Below are positions 35,001-40,361 of a stretch of DNA of 40,361 nucleotides, in pieces. Every line of letters begins with the position of its first letter. The first letter of the stretch is position 1. A program made the position numbers and the translations under genes. The DNA lies in the IMG/VR virus record IMGVR_UViG_3300038749_000017, positions 1 to 40,361 of that record. One strand, written 5' to 3'. Source of the DNA: a virus. Lineage: Duplodnaviria; Caudoviricetes. The notes under the pieces are model-generated. The model was not told the DNA's origin. It did not search any database and saw nothing but the letters and a program-made list of their open reading frames with translations.

Positions 35001-35261
35001 CGCGCTCGCGTCAATGCATCGTGGCGCAACGGCACCGACGTGCCGCTCGACCAGCAAACGGAAAGCTACACGCTCACGATCAAGAGCGGCTCAACGGTCA
35101 AGCGCACCGTCATTGTGACGGCTGCACAAACCTACGTGTACACAGCAGCAAACATCACTGCCGATGGGTTTAGCTCCGGCAACACCATCAGCTTTTCGAT
35201 TTACCAGAACAGTGACTTAGGCGTGGTTGGTCGTGCCGCCACGGCGTCTATCGTGAGGTGA
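32037..35261 (+). CDS. Tail tip / central fibre (J-like, GTA megatron-like)
   Basis: YG..IPRVYG..RVGGNLIWA, GLCEGPI, VPAHRGLAYVVF; C-terminal W.RRAR...PL. Confidence 0.85.
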   Translation: MGQVGQLALGVVGAVIGGVVSYGNPMAIQAGFMIGAAIGGVVFPPKTPAPRINDLRLQDSAYGKFIPRVYGLFRVGGNLIWAGQPSQHTSGGKGAGGKGPQQSTVTMSFAIGLCEGPISGVRRIWANGKLIYDISNPSNFEAISGSNQMVDNFKVYNGDETQLPDPTMESALGIGNVPAHRGLAYVVFNELDLSPWGSYLPSFSFEVITNVAPTYTGATMSTYTQTPGQDMGQISGLTPQGATFMSLGYWTNYSGLYVGQLTPYGSSFTNPFSYTARLTPTNAPNWVAEAGGWADEPGMLCPDSVYGVWGWYKPDGTVMLGAAGLPSWVAGTGRNYIKSGVWLYATCAIAGPDWPIVKCSLMPTDSDGFALAGQTGQIVASTAPTYCVLLLGVTSAYLYAVDVSAETTRGSIYQFDANTLALVNTWPGSGLDSTRLGFSSAGHVVDDRHIYMYGGSRLYVFDAVAGVITKLADGVTGLPFAPSMMQVVSPGFILFGYGGDSDASFSYLQLGYATTTDASIPLSTVVADICARAGLSPSQYDVAQLTDRVIGYAITTNATPRDNLAALMAAYFFDVTDSDGKLKFVKRGGAAVGTFAYADLGASTAIGDDTNSTPIEVIRLQEIDLPKSLALTYIGAHSDYHPGTQTAFRTTTLSNKESAANLAVVLTDDQAMQKAQSLLWATWLAREQFTFQTRLGYLKYEPNDVVTLEGDGVSHTVRLTSVSYDGQGVLKWGAVSELPAVYISTAVGAPPAGFTPQPIAYAGATALAVLDVPPLRDQDATPGLYLGACGYADSWPGCIVEISRDGLSFTDLVAISQASVIGTVLGVLPNFTGGNQPDELSTVTVSVLSGSLSSVTYANFLAGANAAIIGDEIVFFRNATLTSAKTYQLSGLLRGVAGTEWAMTTHGNGDRFVLLDPSKIVAAAINSSDLGTTLYFEARLANINGTQPGPKQTLVPVNERVQPLAPVMFRALKGSAASTSDISLFWTRRARVNASWRNGTDVPLDQQTESYTLTIKSGSTVKRTVIVTAAQTYVYTAANITADGFSSGNTISFSIYQNSDLGVVGRAATASIVR

Positions 35262-35265
35262 TGCA

Positions 35266-35991
35266 ATGTCAAACAGCACGACGCTACTCGACACCATCGC
35301 GGCGAATCAGGCAAGTAAGGAAGTCGTCGTAAATGCGCTGTTCGACGCCGCCAGCCCCGCGATGCTTTGGGGCAGGCACGCGAGCGCGTGCAACGGCCTG
35401 ACGTGGGGTTACTACGGCGGCAACTATCAGACCGGCAGCACCGCACACGCCATCGCTAACGGCACCCTAACGCTTACAGCGAGCACGACAAACTATGTCT
35501 ACGCCGACGCGAGCACCGGCGCCGTGTCGGTCAATACGACAGGCTTTCCAGCCGGTTCGATCCCGCTCTATAGCATCGTCACAGGCTCGACCACAGTGTC
35601 GAGCTATACCGACGTGCGCAGCTATCAGCCGAGCGCTGTAGCAAGCGCTGCCGGCGGCGTCTATGACGTTGGCGGGTACATCGGCGGCACGCCGGCAGAC
35701 GGTGAGGTCGTATGGAAATTCTATTCGCCGCGCGCGTGGACGTTGCCGTCCGGTGCTCCAGGCGGAGCTAAGTCCGGCGCTGCCGCGACTGGCTCATCGG
35801 CTTTCACCTTTGCCAAGAACGGGACAAGCATCGGCACCCTTTCGTGGTCGGCGGGCGGCACCGTCGCCACGCTTTCTATTACGTCATCGACAAGCATCGC
35901 GGCTGGCGACTTGCTCACCCTCACTGCGCCGGCCCCGGCTGACGCAACGCTAGCTGATATTGCCTTCACGCTCGCCGGCACGCGGCCATAA
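35266..35991 (+). CDS. Tail fibre/adaptor protein (DUF2793-like N-terminus)
   Basis: QASKEVVVNALFD N-terminus after the megatron-like gene; S/T/G-rich. Confidence 0.65.
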   Translation: MSNSTTLLDTIAANQASKEVVVNALFDAASPAMLWGRHASACNGLTWGYYGGNYQTGSTAHAIANGTLTLTASTTNYVYADASTGAVSVNTTGFPAGSIPLYSIVTGSTTVSSYTDVRSYQPSAVASAAGGVYDVGGYIGGTPADGEVVWKFYSPRAWTLPSGAPGGAKSGAAATGSSAFTFAKNGTSIGTLSWSAGGTVATLSITSSTSIAAGDLLTLTAPAPADATLADIAFTLAGTRP

Positions 35992-36000
35992 GGAGGAATC

Positions 36001-36393
36001 ATGACCATCGGTTTTGTTGCGGCTGTCCGTAACGCCATGCTGGACGCGATTACGACGCAGACAGGCGGCTCCGCGAAGCTGCGCATTTACTCAGGCACGC
36101 GCCCGGCCACCGGCGGCGCCGAGACAACGATACTGGCTGAGCTGACATGCAATGCGACGTTCGCCCCGGCGGCCTCTGGCGGCGTGCTGACGCTCAACTC
36201 GATTACGAGCGCTGCGGCGTCCGCCAGTGGCACGGCCACATGGGCGCGGCTGCTTAAATCGGACGGTTCGACTGTCATTGCAGACATGAGCGTCGGCACG
36301 TCCGGCGCCGACTGCAATCTCAATTCCACCGCGATTTCGAGCGGCGCCACGGTCAGCGTCACCTCAGCGACGATTACCGCCGGCAATCCGTAA
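36001..36393 (+). CDS. Small virion structural protein
   Basis: AGGAGG RBS; RNAMLDAI...LRIYSGTRP...GTATWARL pattern; A/S/T/G-rich. Confidence 0.7.
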   Translation: MTIGFVAAVRNAMLDAITTQTGGSAKLRIYSGTRPATGGAETTILAELTCNATFAPAASGGVLTLNSITSAAASASGTATWARLLKSDGSTVIADMSVGTSGADCNLNSTAISSGATVSVTSATITAGNP

Positions 36394-36414
36394 CCGACTC
36401 ATCCCTAGCACCCG

Positions 36415-36439
36415 AAGCCCCGCAAACGCGGGGCTTTTT
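36415..36439 (+). terminator. Intrinsic terminator
   Basis: AAGCCCCGC-AAAC-GCGGGGCTT-TTT. Confidence 0.8.
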
Positions 36440-36456
36440 CTATTGGAGCGTCCGAA

Positions 36457-37443
36457 ATGACAGTGCGGCTCTACAAGTCGACCGATGCGTCGGCACCCTC
36501 GCTGACGGGTCAAGTCGGCTCACTGGTTGCCCTGCTCGATGCGGTGCTCGTTAATGGGTACGGGTCGAAGACCGCTGCCGGCTGGACAAAAGCATTCAGC
36601 GGTACGAACTCGGCTAGCTATCGCATGGCGACGAGTGGCAACACCGGGTTCTATCTGGACGTGAATGACAACGCGCCATCGACTGCCCGCGAGGCGCGCA
36701 TGCGCGGCTACGAAGCGATGACCGCTGTAGCGACTGGCACGAATGCGTTCCCAACGTCGGCGCAGTCTTCGTTCGGCCTAGTCTGCCGCAAATCCACAAG
36801 CGCAGACGCAACAGCTCGCCCCTGGTACATGGTGGCTGATGGCTCATGCTTCTATCTGTTCATTGATACCGGGGACTGGACGGCTCCGAACTATTCCACA
36901 GCATTCCAGTTTGGCGACTTTTTCAGCTACAAGAGCGGCGACGCTTATAACTGCTGCATCGTCAGCCGGCAGGCTGAGAATGACAACAACGCCTACCAAG
37001 AGAAGCTTGGCGAAATCTGCGTTAGCAACGTCACCACGCAGGTTCAAACCGGTTGCTTCCTCGCGCGCGCCGCGACTGGTGTAGCGGGTAGCGTCAACTT
37101 TGGGAAGTTCACTTCCATTCTGGTCGGCGTAGCCACCACTTCTGGCAGCGGGTACTGTGCGGCTGGCGGCTCGGGTGCTGCTATCAGTTACCCGAACTAC
37201 CCTGATAGCGGCCTGTTGCTCGCCCCTCTGTTCATCGCCCATAACGGTTATGTGCGCGGCTACTTCAAAGGGCTTTGGGTTCCTTGCCACTTTCAACCGT
37301 GCGGCCATGGCGATCAGGTTAGCGGTACTGGCGTCATGTCGGCCAAGTCTTTCATCGCCATCAATACCCGGTCGAATTCCAGTGGCTCGAACGGATGGCA
37401 GTACGGGCAACTGCTCGCCGAATATTCGGATACCTGGAGCTAA
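36457..37443 (+). CDS. Putative tail fibre/receptor-binding protein
   Basis: Y.STDA.AP.LTG..GSL..LLDA.LVNGYG...AGW N-terminus seen in proteobacterial phage tail modules. Confidence 0.65.
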   Translation: MTVRLYKSTDASAPSLTGQVGSLVALLDAVLVNGYGSKTAAGWTKAFSGTNSASYRMATSGNTGFYLDVNDNAPSTAREARMRGYEAMTAVATGTNAFPTSAQSSFGLVCRKSTSADATARPWYMVADGSCFYLFIDTGDWTAPNYSTAFQFGDFFSYKSGDAYNCCIVSRQAENDNNAYQEKLGEICVSNVTTQVQTGCFLARAATGVAGSVNFGKFTSILVGVATTSGSGYCAAGGSGAAISYPNYPDSGLLLAPLFIAHNGYVRGYFKGLWVPCHFQPCGHGDQVSGTGVMSAKSFIAINTRSNSSGSNGWQYGQLLAEYSDTWS

Positions 37444-37445
37444 AC

Positions 37446-38213
37446 ATGGCCGCGCACGTCTATTGGCGCTTTGTTCCACAATTGAACGGCGGGGGCAGTG
37501 TGTACACGGTGTCCTCGCTGATTCTCCGGTCGTCAGCGGGCGGCGCGAACTTAGCGACCGGTGGCACAGCTATTGGCTCGAACTATCAAGGCAGTTTCCC
37601 TATCGGGAACGCTTTCGATGGCAATGACAGTACGCGGGCGATCAGCAGCAACTTAAACAGCAGTCCCATCGGCTATCAGTTATCGAGCGCCGCCGATATT
37701 GTCGAGTACGCCATCTATGGCCGCAACGATAATTCGTCCTTCCTGAACGAGCTATGGTCGGCGTGGAACTTAGAGTATTCCGACGACAACGTGAACTGGA
37801 CGCTGGCAGACAGCGTACGAAATCAGTCATGGGCGCTCAGTGAGCAGAAGACGTTTACGGTCGGCGCAAATACGGGCAACCCTTCCGGGCTATCGGTCGG
37901 GAAGCGAATAGACGTGATGTTTCCCGCTATAGAGGCGGCGCCGCCGAGTGCGAGCGTGCAACCGCTCGGCAAGGCGCCGGCCACATCTGCGCGCACGGTA
38001 TCAGGCACCGTCACAGTCGGCGGCGTGGCAACGGGCGGCTTGCTTGTGCGCGCCTATGCGAAGCTGACCGGCGAGTATATCGGGCAGGCAACCAGCGCGG
38101 GCGATGGCACCTACTCAATCAACTGCGGCAACGTATGGGCCGATGTGTACGTCATCGCTTTTGACCCGACGACGTACCGCGCCGTTACCTACGATCAGAT
38201 TGTGCCGGGGTAA
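37446..38213 (+). CDS. Putative fibre protein: discoidin/F5-8C-like domain plus Ig-like C-terminal domain
   Basis: NAFDGNDST...W.LEYSDDNVNWT; C-terminal SGTVTVGG...GQATSAGDGTYSI. Confidence 0.6.
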   Translation: MAAHVYWRFVPQLNGGGSVYTVSSLILRSSAGGANLATGGTAIGSNYQGSFPIGNAFDGNDSTRAISSNLNSSPIGYQLSSAADIVEYAIYGRNDNSSFLNELWSAWNLEYSDDNVNWTLADSVRNQSWALSEQKTFTVGANTGNPSGLSVGKRIDVMFPAIEAAPPSASVQPLGKAPATSARTVSGTVTVGGVATGGLLVRAYAKLTGEYIGQATSAGDGTYSINCGNVWADVYVIAFDPTTYRAVTYDQIVPG

Positions 38214-38216
38214 GCC

Positions 38217-38615
38217 ATGCCATACACGCCGCCCGCACATGACGCCGTCAACGTTGCTTTCACTGGCGGCAGCTACACGCCCCCGGCGCACAGCTCCGTC
38301 AATCTCGATTTCGCGCCCGAGGGATACAGCGGCGCGATAAGCGCGTCTCTCGACAACGCGACCGCGAGTTTTACAGCGGCAGAGACCTTTAACGGCACCA
38401 TCGGCGCCACGCTTGCAGACGCCACCGCGAGTTTTGACGAAGGCACGCCGCCAATCACCGGCGCCATTGCCGTGACGCTTGATAGCGCGACGATGAGCGC
38501 ATCAGGTGCGGAAGTCTTTAGTGGCACGCTCGGCGCCACGCTCGACAACATGACCGCAAACATGGTCGGCTCATCCGGTCGCAAGCGGCGCACTGTGTTC
38601 GCAATCGTGGCATAG
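38217..38615 (+). CDS. Repeat-containing virion protein
   Basis: Two YTPPAH..VN..F repeats and four G.I...L..AT..-type repeats. Confidence 0.6.
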   Translation: MPYTPPAHDAVNVAFTGGSYTPPAHSSVNLDFAPEGYSGAISASLDNATASFTAAETFNGTIGATLADATASFDEGTPPITGAIAVTLDSATMSASGAEVFSGTLGATLDNMTANMVGSSGRKRRTVFAIVA

Positions 38616-38623
38616 GGGGCGCA

Positions 38624-38980
38624 ATGGGTGGCGAACTTGTTTTCAAAGACATTGGCGCGGTTCTCGGCACTATCGCCGGCACGCTCGTTGTCGGCTCAGC
38701 GCTCATCTTCCGGGCGTGGACCCGGCTCAAGCTCGACCATCAAATAGGGTCGTCGGAAGAGGCTGCGCTCAAGACGCTTACCGCTGCTGTCGAGAACTGG
38801 AAAGGTCTCTATGAAACCGCATGGCAACAGGTCGTAAAGGAAAGGGAGCTGCGCGAGTCTGCCGAGCATCGCGCTACGGAAACCACGCGCGAACTCGAAG
38901 AGCTGCGCGCGCAGGTCGCTGAGCTTAAGCGCGAGGTGCAGCGCCTCACCGTTGCTGTGAACCGGATTCCAAAGGAGTAG
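38624..38980 (+). CDS. Single-TM coiled-coil protein (holin/antiholin-like)
   Basis: N-terminal TM, heptad-rich C-terminus; first gene of the lysis region. Confidence 0.55.
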   Translation: MGGELVFKDIGAVLGTIAGTLVVGSALIFRAWTRLKLDHQIGSSEEAALKTLTAAVENWKGLYETAWQQVVKERELRESAEHRATETTRELEELRAQVAELKREVQRLTVAVNRIPKE

Positions 38981-38982
38981 CG

Positions 38983-39510
38983 ATGATGGCCTTTCGGGAA
39001 CGTGCGCGGCGGATTTGGTCACACATGGATGGCCCGCTCGGCATCTTGCTTGTGCTAATCGCTGTCTTCGCGCTGGGTTGGTCGCTGCGCGCCTGGCAAG
39101 ACAACGCCGAAATCAATCGAATAGACTCGCGCGTGCATAGCGTACAGGCGTCCATGTCGCAACTCTGTACCGAGCGCGTGACAGACCTCACGAATGCGTA
39201 CAACCTTCGCCAGCAAGCCGTGGATGCGCTCATGAAGGAACAGACCGACCGCATTACCGAACAGTCGGCGCGCATCAGCGAGCAATCAGACCGCATCAAA
39301 GACTTGACGCACGAACTTGCCCTAGTCGGCAGGACGACGAGCGAAATTCAGCGCAAGCAGCGCACGGCTGTGGCATCGCCAGCGGTGGCAAAGGCCGTCG
39401 CCAAGGAAGCTGCAAAGCAGACCGTGGACGAGACGAACGAACAAGCGCGCGCGCTCATCAATCGCGCGATTTCCCGCCCTGCACCGCAACCACAGCCTCC
39501 GAAGAAATGA
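38983..39510 (+). CDS. Putative i-spanin (Rz-like)
   Basis: Basic N-terminus, one TM, long periplasmic coiled coil with Cys; followed by a lipoprotein. Confidence 0.55.
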   Translation: MMAFRERARRIWSHMDGPLGILLVLIAVFALGWSLRAWQDNAEINRIDSRVHSVQASMSQLCTERVTDLTNAYNLRQQAVDALMKEQTDRITEQSARISEQSDRIKDLTHELALVGRTTSEIQRKQRTAVASPAVAKAVAKEAAKQTVDETNEQARALINRAISRPAPQPQPPKK

Positions 39511-39674
39511 AGACGCTAGCCCTTATCGCGGCTGCCTTATTGCTCGCCGGCTGCTGCACGACGCCAACGGCGCGACACTGCGACCCGCTGCCGCAGATGG
39601 CTGACGGCCAGACCTTGCAGGAGTACACGCTTGACGTGGTGCAGCGGTACAAGCTCTGCCGGGGTGCACCATGA
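39507..39674 (+). CDS. Putative o-spanin lipoprotein (Rz1-like; not in ORF track)
   Basis: MKTLALIAAALLLAGC lipobox, Pro/Cys-rich, Y..C near the end; ATGA coupling at both ends. Confidence 0.7.
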   Translation: MKTLALIAAALLLAGCCTTPTARHCDPLPQMADGQTLQEYTLDVVQRYKLCRGAP

Positions 39675-40153
39675 CCGACGACTATTACTTCGCGCGCGCG
39701 TTCGACATTGTTGTCGGCATCGAAGCCGGGTACACAAACCCCGACCCAAAGGTCGACCCCGGCGGCGAAACGAAATACGGCATCAGCAAGCGTGCCTATC
39801 CCCATCTCGACATTCCCCGCCTTACCCTGGACGACGCGCGGCAAATCTACCTCGCCGACTATTGGCGCGTTTGCTCTTGCCATCTGATGCCGTGGCCGCT
39901 GTCGCTGTTCGTCTTCGACTGCGCGGTCAATCAGGGCCAGCTGACAGCTAAGCGGCTGCTACAGCGCGCGCTCGGCGTGACTGTCGACGGCGTCATCGGC
40001 CCGAAGACTGTCGGCGCCGCCATCATCGCGAAACGGGAAGCGCTCGCACGCTTCATGATGATGCGCGCCTTCCAATACATGATCGCCCCCAACTTTCCCC
40101 CCAACGGGCGCGGCTGGTTTACGCGCTTGTTCCTTGTCACCTTGAACGTATGA
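39671..40153 (+). CDS. Endolysin, glycoside hydrolase family 108
   Basis: IEAGY.N...DPGGETKYGIS, FDCAVNQG, VDGVIGPKT, GW..R. Confidence 0.92.
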   Translation: MTDDYYFARAFDIVVGIEAGYTNPDPKVDPGGETKYGISKRAYPHLDIPRLTLDDARQIYLADYWRVCSCHLMPWPLSLFVFDCAVNQGQLTAKRLLQRALGVTVDGVIGPKTVGAAIIAKREALARFMMMRAFQYMIAPNFPPNGRGWFTRLFLVTLNV

Positions 40154-40163
40154 GAGGCACGCC

Positions 40164-40361
40164 ATGGAAGACACGAAATCAATCCTTGCGAGCAAGACCT
40201 TTTGGGGCGCCGCCATCGTGCTCGTCTCCACCGGCTTGCAGCTTGCCGGCATCACGGACGCTAGCGGCTACGCGAACGACGCCGCAAGCATCCTCGGCGC
40301 CGTGCTGTCTATCGTCGGTCGCGTCACAGCATCAAAGGCCATCGTCCCGCCCAAGAGCTGA
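40164..40361 (+). CDS. Small two-TM holin-like protein
   Basis: K..L.SKTFWG, two hydrophobic segments, I.GR..A; GAGG RBS. Confidence 0.6.
   Translation: MEDTKSILASKTFWGAAIVLVSTGLQLAGITDASGYANDAASILGAVLSIVGRVTASKAIVPPKS

Larger units (their letters stand above)
1..40361. mobile_element. Temperate siphophage / prophage (HK97-type head, GTA-like tail tip)
   Basis: Integrase, recombination, replication, packaging, head, tail and lysis modules in lambdoid order; att ends not included in the window. Confidence 0.96.

Noticed and set aside
32037-38615. Diversity-generating retroelement or invertible fibre cassette
   Set aside because: No reverse transcriptase or invertase, and no TR/VR pair or flanking inverted repeats noticed by eye

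Overview
The window is an apparently near-complete temperate siphophage/prophage. It is GC-rich by eye, and its gene families resemble Betaproteobacterial (Burkholderiaceae-type) phages; the host is inferred, not shown. The sequence is trimmed to the integrase ATG and the last holin-like stop codon, so att sites are not visible. Gene order: tyrosine integrase (+); a leftward early operon (Xis-like HTH, hypotheticals, Rad50-like ATPase, RecT, Cas4-like nuclease); a 175-bp control region with no recognisable CI repressor; Cro-like protein, replication initiator with iterons, P-like protein, RusA and Q-like regulator; late promoter and terminator; HNH and a probable cos; a ParB-N/Mom DNA-modification module; terS, an antisense YaaC-family moron and terL; an HK97-type head; a long non-contractile tail with a G/GT frameshift and GTA-like tip genes; a fibre cluster; and a lysis cassette. 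The standout observation is a 68-nt degenerate tRNA-Gly(UCC)-like element (15162-15229) embedded in the 3' end of the mom-like gene. It keeps glycine identity elements and an encoded CCA but lacks canonical D- and T-loops, which suggests a dedicated non-ribosomal glycyl donor for DNA adenine hypermodification. All family calls are from motif recognition by eye; no searches were run.
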